DNA of 64,000 nucleotides from positions 1,824,001 through 1,888,000 of the forward strand of contig NZ_JAQNDL010000002.1 in the NCBI RefSeq assembly GCF_028368995.1, in the 5' to 3' direction. The stretch is from Nannocystis bainbridge. Its GTDB lineage: Bacteria; Myxococcota_A; Polyangia; Nannocystales; Nannocystaceae. Numbering within the stretch: position 1 is the stretch's first letter; each line of letters opens with the position of its first letter. Under the pieces are notes generated by a model. The model was not told the origin of the DNA. It saw only the letters and a list, made by a program, of their open reading frames with translations, and ran no database searches. The position numbers were made by a program, and so were the translations under genes. Positions 11,083 to 20,030 of this stretch are shown piece by piece.

Positions 11083-11853
11083 ATGCGCGATCCTCTGGCG
11101 CCCATCCCCTCGCCCACCGTCAGCCCCAACTTCTGGGACACCGCCCTGCTGCCCCGCGGCACGCGCGTCGGCGGCGACGAGCCCGTCGAGGAGTTCTCGC
11201 CGCTGCGCCTCCTGCAGCGCGACCAGGGCGACACCCACGGCCTCGATCGCCGCAGCCGTCGCCGCGCCGGCGCTCAGCCCTCGGGCGACCCCGACCACGG
11301 CAGCGCGCGCCTGATCTCCGCCGTCCACACCGTGCGGCGGGCCCTCCTCGGCCTCTCGACCGCTCACGGTTGGGCCCTCGTGCGCACCTTGACCGTCGCC
11401 CCGACCGGTCTGCTCGTCCACCTCCTCGACCTCCTCAGCCCCGGCCTCAACCCCGAGCTGCGCGACCAGGGCCGCAACCTCCTGGCCCGGATCGCCCCGC
11501 AGCTCGGCGCCCCGCTGCGGCCGCGCGCCATCCACCGCCCCGGCTCGCCGCTGGCGACCGTCGGCGGCTGTCTGCTGGCCCCGCGGGTCGTCGCCGATCT
11601 CTCGACCTGGGCCTCGCAGCCCAGCGCGCGGCGCGGCACCACCCGGGCCGGTCACGGGGCCTTCGCCGTCACCTTGCTGGCCCCCGCCGCCGATCCGCGC
11701 GGCGGCGTCGTCCGCATCGAGGGCGAGCTGGTGCCGATGACCGACCCGCAGCCGCAGGTCCTCGCCGTCGCCCTCTCGCCTCGGGCCCTCGCCGAGCTCG
11801 CACGCACCCTGCAGTGGCCCGAGGGTGGCCCCGCGCGGGTCGAGGTCGAATGA
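11083..11853 (+). CDS. Hypothetical protein
   Basis: 256-aa ORF with GC3-rich codon usage, divergent from namZ; no motif recognised. Confidence 0.55.
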   Translation: MRDPLAPIPSPTVSPNFWDTALLPRGTRVGGDEPVEEFSPLRLLQRDQGDTHGLDRRSRRRAGAQPSGDPDHGSARLISAVHTVRRALLGLSTAHGWALVRTLTVAPTGLLVHLLDLLSPGLNPELRDQGRNLLARIAPQLGAPLRPRAIHRPGSPLATVGGCLLAPRVVADLSTWASQPSARRGTTRAGHGAFAVTLLAPAADPRGGVVRIEGELVPMTDPQPQVLAVALSPRALAELARTLQWPEGGPARVEVE

Positions 11854-12150
11854 GCCGGGGGCCCGCCGCGAGATCCTCCCACCGAGGCCACGTTTTTCCC
11901 GCCAACGGCGTCGGTGGGCTCGCGCGCGCGGGAAAAGTTCGGTAAAACGCGGTCCCTTGCCCCCAGAGGAGCATTGACGCTGCTTTGCCTTGTCTCTATC
12001 CTCGCAGGCAACATCTCTGGCGTATCACTTTCGACACACCAGCGATCGGCGCTCCACGGCCCCCACGGGCCGCTCTCCACGGCCTCCGGGCCTGCATCTG
12101 CTCTTCCCGGCCCATCGGGCCTGTAGCGTGACTACCAAGGGGATCCGGCC

Positions 12151-13410
12151 TTGAACGCACCCAAGAAACCAGGAACCGACCTCAGCGCCCTCAAGGCGCG
12201 CCTCGCCAAGAAGACGGACGCGGCCCCACCGCCTCCCGCCGAGCCGGCAGCGCCGGCGGCTGCTGCTCCGGCGGCGCCCAAGGCGGCGCCTCCGGCCCGG
12301 CCGCCGTTCAAGAAGTCGGCCCCGCCGACCGATCTTCCGGCCCCGGGCGAGTCGGCGCCGATCGACATCCCCCCGCCGGGTGAAGTCGCCGCGCCGATCG
12401 ACATCCCCGCGCCCGGCGAGGTCGCTCTGCCGCCGCAGCCTGTCGCGCCCGAGCCCATCGCCGCGGTGCCTGCCGCGCGCAAGAGCCTCGAGGACGGCAC
12501 CCCGTTCGGCGCCACCGCCGTCGCCTTCGATCCGAACGCCGGCCTCATCGACTCCGGCGAGGTCCAGGCCAAGGGCAACCGCGGCCTCGTGATCCTCGCC
12601 GCCGGTGCAGCGCTCGCCTTCGGCGTCGCGCTCGGCTGGATCGGCCATCAGATCACCTCGAAGGGCGAGGTCAAGGCCGCGGCGCTGAAGAAGGGCGGCG
12701 ACATGTACAACGAGGCCAACAAGGTCTCGGACATGCGCAAGGGCATCTCGCTCAAGATCGACGAGCTGCAGAAGCTCGTGTCCACCGACCCGGCCAAGGG
12801 CGCCGAGGAGCTGGCCAACCTCGTCAAGACCAACTTCGAGAAGAGCCCCAAGATCGACGATCTGTTCGGCTGGCAGCTCGCGGGCATCGGCCCCGAGGGC
12901 ATCCGCCGCACCTTCGATCTCTACGAGGAGGCCAACGGCCTGCGCCTCGACCTCGGCTACCTCGTCAACTTCGTCGCCGGCAACGGCAAGGCGTTGACCG
13001 AGACCGGCGGCCCGCGGCTGTTCGCCGTCAAGTTCAAGAAGGACGGCGCCGTGCTGGTCGAGCGCGGCGAGCCGATGTGCGGCGAGGCGCCTTGCCCCGA
13101 GGGCAAGGAGGGCGAGGCTTCCGGTTACAAGGTCCGCGACGCGGTCAACCAGGAGTTCTCCGTCGCTGCTCGTGGCACCGACGACGGCCAGGTCCTGCCG
13201 CTGTCCGCCGACACTCAGGTCTACGGCTACGTCGTCGGCCTGAACCCGGAGAACAACGCCAAGCTGGTCGCAGCCTCGCTGTTCGCCAAGGTCAAGGCGC
13301 GTCTCGAGGAGATGTCCAAGGCCGAGGGCCGGGCGCTCAAGGCTCTCAAGAGCTACTCGGACGATCCGAACATCGACGGCGGCGGGCCCGCCGATCCCGG
13401 CGCCGACTGA
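12151..13410 (+). CDS. Hypothetical membrane protein (Pro-rich N-terminus, single TM)
   Basis: DLSALKARL, Pro/Ala linker, TM LVILAAGAALAFGVALGWIG; strong codon bias; abuts the PBP1A gene. Confidence 0.8.
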   Translation: MNAPKKPGTDLSALKARLAKKTDAAPPPPAEPAAPAAAAPAAPKAAPPARPPFKKSAPPTDLPAPGESAPIDIPPPGEVAAPIDIPAPGEVALPPQPVAPEPIAAVPAARKSLEDGTPFGATAVAFDPNAGLIDSGEVQAKGNRGLVILAAGAALAFGVALGWIGHQITSKGEVKAAALKKGGDMYNEANKVSDMRKGISLKIDELQKLVSTDPAKGAEELANLVKTNFEKSPKIDDLFGWQLAGIGPEGIRRTFDLYEEANGLRLDLGYLVNFVAGNGKALTETGGPRLFAVKFKKDGAVLVERGEPMCGEAPCPEGKEGEASGYKVRDAVNQEFSVAARGTDDGQVLPLSADTQVYGYVVGLNPENNAKLVAASLFAKVKARLEEMSKAEGRALKALKSYSDDPNIDGGGPADPGAD

Positions 13411-16068
13411 GTGCAGTCGGGATCACAGCCGCCCGTCCCACCCGCCGGCACCGCTGCCGACGACGCTGCCCCTTCGCGCCCTGCCGGCTCCGCAGGGGCA
13501 GCACCTCCGGTCCCCCCGCCGCCGCCGGCTCCACCGCGGCGCTCGGGGCCCGCGGGTCCGTCGCCGGTCGCTGCCGGCGCTCGGCTGTGGGTCACCAACC
13601 CGGCCCGCGCCGGCCTGTTCGGCTGGCTCGTGCGCTACTACCTGTTCGCGGCCGCGTGCGTCGCCGTGGCTCTGGGTTACTTCGGCGTGCGGGTCTACCG
13701 GGCCTATGACGCCGCCCTGCCCGACATCGCCGACGTCGAGCGCTACGACGCCCTCGCGCCGGGTGTCACGCGGATCTTCGCCGTCGACGGCAGCGTCCTC
13801 GCCGAGCTCGCGCGCGAGCACCGGGCCTACGCCCCGATCGACGAGATCCCCGACCGCCTGATCCAGGCCTTCCTCTCCGTCGAGGACCGCCGCTTCTTCA
13901 CCCACGCCGGCCTCGACTGGCGCGGTCTGGCGCGGGCGACCCTCGCCAACCTGCGCTCGGGCACCGTCATCCAGGGCGGCAGCACGATCACCCAGCAGGT
14001 CGCCAAGGGCTTCCTCAGCGACGAGCGCACCCTCGATCGCAAGCTGCGCGAGGCGCTGCTGTCGCTGCGGATCGAGGGTCGCCTCGGCAAGTGGCGGATC
14101 CTCGAGATCTACCTCAACAAGATCTTCCTCGGTCACGGCGCCTACGGCGTCGCTGCCGCCGCCAGCCGCTATTTCGGCAAGGAGCTGCACGAGCTCACCC
14201 TCGCCGAGGCCGCGCTGATCGCCGGCCTCGCGCGCGCCCCCTCGCGCTACAGCCCGCTCGCCAGCCCCGAGCGCGCGCTCAAGCGGCGCTCCGTCGTCCT
14301 CCAGGACATGGTCGAAGCCGGCGCCATCACGCCGGCCGAGCGCGACGCCGCCGACGACGAGCCGCTCAAGCTGGCCGCCGCGCCGCCCGACGTGTTCCGC
14401 CTGCGCGCCCCTTATTACGCCGAGCACGTGCGACGTGAGGCCGGCCTCCGCTTCGGCGACGCCGCCGTGCTGCAGGACGGCCTGCAAATCGAGACCGCCG
14501 CCCAGATCGACATGGGCGCCCAGGCCCACGCCGCCATCGACTCGGCGCTGCGGCGCATCGATCGCCGCCAGGGCTGGCGCGGCCCAGTCGCTCACCTGTC
14601 CGATGAGACAGCCCGCGCCACCCTGCTCGAGCGCACCGGCGACGAGTACGGCGACGACGCCATGACCGCCGACCCGCAGCGCTGGCGCCTCGCCCTCGTC
14701 ACCGAGGTCAACGCCAAGCAGGCCAGGGTCCGCGTCGGCAAGGTCGAGGCCCTGCTGCCGCTGAAGAAGATGGCCTGGGCCTCGCGCTACGACCGCAACA
14801 CCGGCGTCAACGACGTCAAGATCACCCGCGTCGACGAGGCCATCGAGGCCGGCGACGTCGTGTGGGTGCGGCCGGCGCAGAAGCGGCGCAGCGTCATCGC
14901 CGAGATCGACGACGAGGCCGCCGCCGCCGAGAGCGCCGCGAGTGAATCCGGCGACACCTCCGCTGGCTCCGCCGCGCTCGAGCCGCCCGACGAGGCCACC
15001 GGCCTGCTGCTGGTCGAGCTCGGGCAGATGCCGCGGGTCGAGGCGTCCCTCTACACCATGGCCCACGACACCGGCGAGGTCGAGGCGATGGAGGGCGGGC
15101 TCGACTACGACCGCTCGCAGTTCAACCGCACCACCCAGGCCTGCCGCCAGCCCGGCAGCGTGTTCAAGGCCATCTACTACGCCCTCGCGCTCGACGGCGG
15201 CCACTACAACATGGGCTCGGTGCTCGAGGACAAGCCCTACGTGCCCGAGCCCGGCGAGATGTGGAGCCCGCAGAACATCGGCCAGACGCTCGACGGCAAG
15301 GTCCTGCTGCGCACCGCGCTGATCAAGTCGCTCAACCTGCCCTCGATCCGCCTGTTCGTCAGCCTCGGCGCCGACAAGGTCGTCCCGTGGGCGCGCCGGC
15401 TCGGCTTCACCACCGAGCTCATCGCCGACCGCGCGCTGTCGCTGGGCGCCTCGTGCGTGCGCACCGACGAGCTCTCGCGGGCCTTCTCGATCTTCGTCCG
15501 CGGCGGCTCGTGGATCGACCCGATCTACATCCGCCGCGTGATCGACAAGCGCGGCCAGACCCTGCTCGACCAGCGCCACCCGCTCGACGCCGGCGTCGAC
15601 GTCGCCGGCCGCCTCGACCGCATGGCCGCCCTCGCCGTGCACGGCCCGCGCCAGGTCGTCGACGACCGCACCGCCTTCCTCATCACCCGCCTCATGCGCG
15701 AGGTCGTGACCGCCGGCATCGGCGGCCGCGCCTCGCAGATCGGCGTGCCCGCCGGCGGCAAGTCGGGCACCGCGTCGAAGAACGCCTACACCACCGACAC
15801 CTGGTTCGTCGGCTTCACCTCGCGCCACATGACCGCGGCGTGGATGGGCGACGACACCTACGAGCGCTCGCTCGGCGACGAGGACGCCAGCTACACCACG
15901 GCGACCCCGATGTGGACGCAGTTCATGGCCGGGGTGGTCGCCGGGATCCCGCACGAGAACCTGCCGATGAACCGACCCCCGGGCATCAGCAGCCGCAACG
16001 TCGACGCCCGCACCGGCGAAGAGCCGATGGCCGGCATGCCGTCGGCGACGCTCTACTTCAAGGACTGA
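13411..16068 (+). CDS. mrcA: Penicillin-binding protein 1A (class A PBP)
   Basis: Transglycosylase motifs EDRRFFTH, GGSTITQQ, RKLRE, LEIYLN; transpeptidase motifs SVFK, SLN, KSGT. Start uncertain. Confidence 0.92.
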   Translation: MQSGSQPPVPPAGTAADDAAPSRPAGSAGAAPPVPPPPPAPPRRSGPAGPSPVAAGARLWVTNPARAGLFGWLVRYYLFAAACVAVALGYFGVRVYRAYDAALPDIADVERYDALAPGVTRIFAVDGSVLAELAREHRAYAPIDEIPDRLIQAFLSVEDRRFFTHAGLDWRGLARATLANLRSGTVIQGGSTITQQVAKGFLSDERTLDRKLREALLSLRIEGRLGKWRILEIYLNKIFLGHGAYGVAAAASRYFGKELHELTLAEAALIAGLARAPSRYSPLASPERALKRRSVVLQDMVEAGAITPAERDAADDEPLKLAAAPPDVFRLRAPYYAEHVRREAGLRFGDAAVLQDGLQIETAAQIDMGAQAHAAIDSALRRIDRRQGWRGPVAHLSDETARATLLERTGDEYGDDAMTADPQRWRLALVTEVNAKQARVRVGKVEALLPLKKMAWASRYDRNTGVNDVKITRVDEAIEAGDVVWVRPAQKRRSVIAEIDDEAAAAESAASESGDTSAGSAALEPPDEATGLLLVELGQMPRVEASLYTMAHDTGEVEAMEGGLDYDRSQFNRTTQACRQPGSVFKAIYYALALDGGHYNMGSVLEDKPYVPEPGEMWSPQNIGQTLDGKVLLRTALIKSLNLPSIRLFVSLGADKVVPWARRLGFTTELIADRALSLGASCVRTDELSRAFSIFVRGGSWIDPIYIRRVIDKRGQTLLDQRHPLDAGVDVAGRLDRMAALAVHGPRQVVDDRTAFLITRLMREVVTAGIGGRASQIGVPAGGKSGTASKNAYTTDTWFVGFTSRHMTAAWMGDDTYERSLGDEDASYTTATPMWTQFMAGVVAGIPHENLPMNRPPGISSRNVDARTGEEPMAGMPSATLYFKD

Positions 16069-16070
16069 CC

Positions 16071-16140
16071 GGTCCCTTCGGACATGCCCTCTCGGGCATG
16101 TCCGGGAGAGCATGTCCGAGAGAGCATGCTCCGTCGGACA
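16071..16140. repeat. 14-bp palindrome array (5 units)
   Basis: ggtcccttcggaca|tgccctctcgggca|tgtccgggagagca|tgtccgagagagca|tgctccgtcggaca, 2 nt after the PBP1A stop. Confidence 0.9.
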
Positions 16141-16775
16141 GGTCATGGCGCCGTCGCTCACGGGACGAGCGGCCCGGTGGGTGCGGTGCCACCATTCCGT
16201 TTCGGTGCGCCAGCGCCGAATGCATCGAGACGCAGCGTGACCGCGGTTCGGCAATGCATGCACTGCGATTTTTGCGCTTCCGGGCCGCCTTCGTCGCAGA
16301 GGCTTCATGCCCCCGGCACCTACACCTGCGTGTCGCACCGACTGAGCCCAGCAAGCGCCCAAAAAGGCGAAAATCTCCCCACCCGACTGGCGCCGCCCAC
16401 GGAACCAAGGGGGTTCCCGGGTGGTTCCGAATCTCCCGGATGCATCCTGGGGTCCCTGTGACCCTCTCCTCGTTCGCGCGCTGGGAGCCACGCACTCGCC
16501 GAAATCATCGTTCGCTGGCCCCATGGTGGCAGAGTCGATGAATCGACGGATCTGGCCACTCGATCCCGCGACGGTGCGCATGGAATCCGTCCTACCGCGG
16601 CGATAGAGCCGTCTCGTTGCGATCGGACACGTCGCGGTCGAAGGCCGTGCTGCACGAGGTGGTTGTGGTCGAGGTCATCGCGGTCGTTGCTCGCATGGCG
16701 GTCGCCTTCAGACTTGCCGACGACGCCGCCCGCACCTGAGCGACCCGGCGTCGGAGCTGGAGAGTCGAGACCACC

Positions 16776-17405
16776 ATGCTATTCAACCAGACGAGTATCC
16801 TCCTCGCGTCGTTGACCGTCGCGTTCGCCATCCCCTTCATCGAGCCGACGTGCGACCTCGGACCGCACGATCCGGGGAAGTGCCACGACCGGCACGACTG
16901 CGAAGACGACGAGGTCTGCGTCGACTACAAGTGCGAGCCCGAGAAGGAGTGTTACAAAAACGCCGACTGCGACAACGACGAGAAGTGCGTCGACGGCGAG
17001 TGCGAGCCCGACAAGGACAAGGAGTGCTGGAAGGACGACGACTGCGACAAGGGCGAGAAGTGCGTCGACGGCGAGTGCGAGCCCGACAAGGACAAGGAGT
17101 GCTGGAAGGACGACGACTGCGACAAGGGCGAGAAGTGCGTCGACGGCGAGTGCGAGCCCGACAAGGACAAGGAGTGCTGGAAGGACGACGACTGCGACAA
17201 GGGCGAGAAGTGCGTCGACGGCGAGTGCGAGCCCGACAAGGACAAGGAGTGCTGGAAGGACGACGACTGCGACAAGGGCGAGAAGTGCGTCGACGGCGAG
17301 TGCGAGCCCGACAAGGACAAGGAGTGCTGGAAGGACGACGACTGCGACAAGGGCGAGAAGTGCATCAACGGCGACTGCAAATATACGAAGGACTGCCGAA
17401 TCTGA
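16776..17405 (+). CDS. Secreted Cys-rich repeat protein
   Basis: Signal-like N-terminus followed by 25-aa repeats ECWKDDDCDKGEKCVDGECEPDKDK. Confidence 0.85.
   Translation: MLFNQTSILLASLTVAFAIPFIEPTCDLGPHDPGKCHDRHDCEDDEVCVDYKCEPEKECYKNADCDNDEKCVDGECEPDKDKECWKDDDCDKGEKCVDGECEPDKDKECWKDDDCDKGEKCVDGECEPDKDKECWKDDDCDKGEKCVDGECEPDKDKECWKDDDCDKGEKCVDGECEPDKDKECWKDDDCDKGEKCINGDCKYTKDCRI
17022..17378 (+). repeat. Intragenic 75-bp near-perfect tandem repeat (about 4.7 copies)
   Basis: gagtgctggaaggacgacgactgc... recurs at 17022, 17097, 17172, 17247 and 17322. Confidence 0.95.
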
Positions 17406-17583
17406 CAGCCGATGCGCCCGCTCTTTCTGACGAGCCCGGGAGCGGCGGTTCGTGTCGGAATCATTGTTCGTTCAGCCCGACGCCGTGCCCGCCAGTTCGG
17501 GCGCGGCGGCGTCCGCTCGCCTCAGACGGTCCGGGAATCGCTGCGCCCCGCCCTGCCGACGATGCTCGCCAGCCGACCGATCC

Positions 17584-17625
17584 TGTCGCATCGCACATGT
17601 CCGATGCGACATGTCCTCACGGCCT
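17584..17625. repeat. 14-bp palindrome array (3 units)
   Basis: tgtcgcatcgcaca|tgtccgatgcgaca|tgtcctcacggcct. Confidence 0.8.
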
Positions 17626-17701
17626 TCTTCGTTCGCGGCCCGGTACTGGCCGGGCCTCGCCGTGCCGGACCGGCGAGCGCCGGCCCGCGGCGCGAGCTCG
17701 C

Positions 17702-18451
17702 TCAGAACCAGGTCGACAGCCCGATCGTGGCAGCCAGCGTGAACGACTGCGCGGTGCGGCCCCACACCGGCGGCGGCGCGGCCGGTACTCCGGGGCCGCC
17801 GGTGCGGCCGATGCCGTGGACCCACCGGTAGTCGAACGTCAGGCCGAAATCGACCGAGAAGTACTGCGTCACGAACGCGTGCGCGCCGAAGCCCACGCCG
17901 AGCAGCGGCGCCATCGCCCCGCCGCGGTTCCAGTTGGGGCCGTCGTTGTTGGTCAGCGTCGCGCCGGTGAAGCCGGTGCGGACCAGGATGAACGGCAGCA
18001 CCGGCCCCTCGGCGATCGGCAGGATCTCGAGGTACGGCGTGAACGTGCCGACGAACGCCGTCGTCGAGTTGTCGTTGTCGCCGTCGTTGGGGTCGTTGTT
18101 GCGGTCGAACGAGTGGCTCAGGTTCATGCCGAAGCGCGCCCCGAGGATCAGGTGGCGATGGATGCCGTAGCCGACCCCGAGCGCGATGACGGACGCGCCG
18201 CCGATCGGGTTGCCGTCGATCGCCACCGGGCGACCGGCGCCGAAGCCGATGACGTTCACGCGGGGGTTGTTCGGATCGCGCGCCTCACCCGGGTCGTAAT
18301 AAGGGCGGCCCTGCGTCCACGACAGCGCCTCGGTGTCGAGGTGGACGCGGACCTTGCCCTTCGGCGCGACCCTGGCTGCCTCTGCGGTGGTTGCGAAGGA
18401 CCCCAGGGCGCAGACGAGCGAGACGGAGAGTGCGAGTCGATGGAGCTTCAT
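17702..18451 (-). CDS. Outer-membrane beta-barrel protein
   Basis: Signal peptide MKLHRLALSVSLVCALGSFATTAEA, amphipathic strands, C-terminal IGLSTWF. Confidence 0.8.
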   Translation of the reverse strand: MKLHRLALSVSLVCALGSFATTAEAARVAPKGKVRVHLDTEALSWTQGRPYYDPGEARDPNNPRVNVIGFGAGRPVAIDGNPIGGASVIALGVGYGIHRHLILGARFGMNLSHSFDRNNDPNDGDNDNSTTAFVGTFTPYLEILPIAEGPVLPFILVRTGFTGATLTNNDGPNWNRGGAMAPLLGVGFGAHAFVTQYFSVDFGLTFDYRWVHGIGRTGGPGVPAAPPPVWGRTAQSFTLAATIGLSTWF

Positions 18452-18565
18452 GGCCCCGCCAGGGTAGGCCACGCGCGCCGTCGAGCCAAGCACCGCGGCG
18501 CTTGTGAAGATCGCGGCTTCGAGGCTACGCTCGCGGGCGAGAGGCCGCCATGTGGGCCGAGGCTC

Positions 18566-18642
18566 GAGCACTTCGCCCAGTCTGGTAGGGCATTTGATTT
18601 CGGATCAAAGGGTCGCGGGTTCAAATCCCGTACTGTTCACCA
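18566..18642 (+). tRNA. tRNA-Arg (anticodon UCG), atypical
   Basis: Cloverleaf: acceptor GAGCACT/ACTGTTC, D-arm GCCC-AGTCTGGTA-GGGC, anticodon arm TTTGA-TTTCGGA-TCAAA, T-arm GCGGG-TTCAAAT-CCCGT, encoded ACCA end. Confidence 0.85.
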
Positions 18643-19297
18643 CCGCCGCGGTCGGGCGGCCTCTCACTGATTTTCCCCTGCCCTCGCGCACGGGTCTCGC
18701 CCGCAGCGAAGCGACACGAAGGACTCGCCGAGCTCGCGTCGCCAGCGGCCTCGACTGTGCCGCTCTGCTAGTCGGCCGAACGTCGCACCACTCGACTTCG
18801 CCGCGCCGAGCGACTTGATTCGTGACCACCGAGCCATGCACCGCTCGGCCTCGCCGGCTCCGGTAGCGAGCGCATGAAAGCGACCGAGCATTGCGAATCA
18901 TCGCCTCCGCCGCGCGAGTCACCGCGTGGAGCGTCGCCGTCGCTCGTCGCCCGGTCTTCGGCGCGCGACCTCGTGAACGACTCGAGCGTCGCCGTCGCTC
19001 GCCGCAGCCTCCGCTCTCGGGCGCGTGATTTCGTCAGCGACAGGAGCCTCGTCGTCGCTCGTCGCCTCTGGCCTCTGCGAGCGCCGCACGCTCTTCTTTT
19101 CCGCTGCGCGGCCGCTCGCTCGCCCACGGGCCCCGCGACCTCGCGCGCGTCGCAGCGACCTCGTGCACGTGCACGGCCGTTGCGGTCGCTCGCGCGGCCC
19201 TCGTGATTGACCGCATCCTCCACCTCCCGTACGGTATCCAGCGGGCTGCTCCGCGACTGCGTGGCGTACGCTCGCTTCCCTCACCGCGAAGAGCCGT

Positions 19298-19852
19298 ATG
19301 ACCGCCGCCACTCGAGCCCAGCCGCGCGCCGCCGCACCCGAGCGGATCCTCTCCCTCGATCGTCTCGCCGCTCTCTCGAGCGACGCCCTGCGCGGCCTCT
19401 ACGCCCGCGGCTCGGTGCCCGACGATCTCACCGCGCTCGACGGTCGCCCGAAGGGCCGCATGCTGGCGGTCCGCGGCCTCGAGCACGGCCCCGCCGGCCG
19501 CCTGCTGCGCGCCATGGCCCGCCACCCGCGCTTCCCGTGGGACGGCAAGAGCTTCTTCCCCGACCAGGCCGACGCGAGCCGCGGCATCAACCGCGTCGAC
19601 CTCGTGGTCCGCCGCTTCGATCTGTTCCCGTTCGCCACCCGCATCGAGCCCTCGGTGCTCGACGGCCAGCCGTGCGTCTACCTCGACTACGAGCAGCCCG
19701 GCAACCCCTGGTTCATCGCCCGGATCCGCGACGAGCTCCGCGAAGTCGGGCCCGACCTGTACCTCGGGCCTGCCCTGTGGAAACGCCTCCGCGGCGGCGC
19801 CAGCCACCTGCTGTGGTTCGCCGTCGATTTCGCCACCCCGTCGAACGCGTGA
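19298..19852 (+). CDS. Hypothetical protein
   Basis: 184-aa ORF with good codon bias (PWDGKSF...GINRV...LDYEQPGNP...IRDELREV). Confidence 0.75.
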   Translation: MTAATRAQPRAAAPERILSLDRLAALSSDALRGLYARGSVPDDLTALDGRPKGRMLAVRGLEHGPAGRLLRAMARHPRFPWDGKSFFPDQADASRGINRVDLVVRRFDLFPFATRIEPSVLDGQPCVYLDYEQPGNPWFIARIRDELREVGPDLYLGPALWKRLRGGASHLLWFAVDFATPSNA

Positions 19853-19870
19853 CCCCGGCCCGGCGACGCG

Positions 19871-19993
19871 GCCACTCGCGGGCATGTCCGTGGCGACATG
19901 TCCTCGTAGACATTCGATGCATGTGCCCTTTCGGACATTCTCGAAAGGACATGTTCGATTCGACATGTCCTCATGGTCATGTCCGTGAAGACA
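19871..19993. repeat. 14-bp palindrome array (8 units, one 11-bp offset)
   Basis: gccactcgcgggca|tgtccgtggcgaca|tgtcctcgtagaca|(11 nt)|tgccctttcggaca|ttctcgaaaggaca|tgttcgattcgaca|tgtcctcatggtca|tgtccgtgaagaca. Confidence 0.9.
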
Positions 19994-20030
19994 TTTCGCC
20001 TCGGCCTGAGTCCGGGCGCGCGTCCCGTGC

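Noticed and set aside
11068-11085. Sigma-54 promoter (TTGGCAT...)
   Set aside because: The -12 GC is not at the required GG-N10-GC spacing.
16084-16461. Short ORFs rich in TCP/GHV/DMS/ACP peptides near the arrays
   Set aside because: They are translations of the 14-bp palindromes and lack host codon bias.
17022-17378. 75-bp repeats here and at 39647-40388 as CRISPR arrays
   Set aside because: No unique spacers, in-frame coding repeats, no cas genes.
18643-19297. Genomic island or prophage integrated at the tRNA
   Set aside because: No integrase and no duplicated tRNA 3' end seen in the window.
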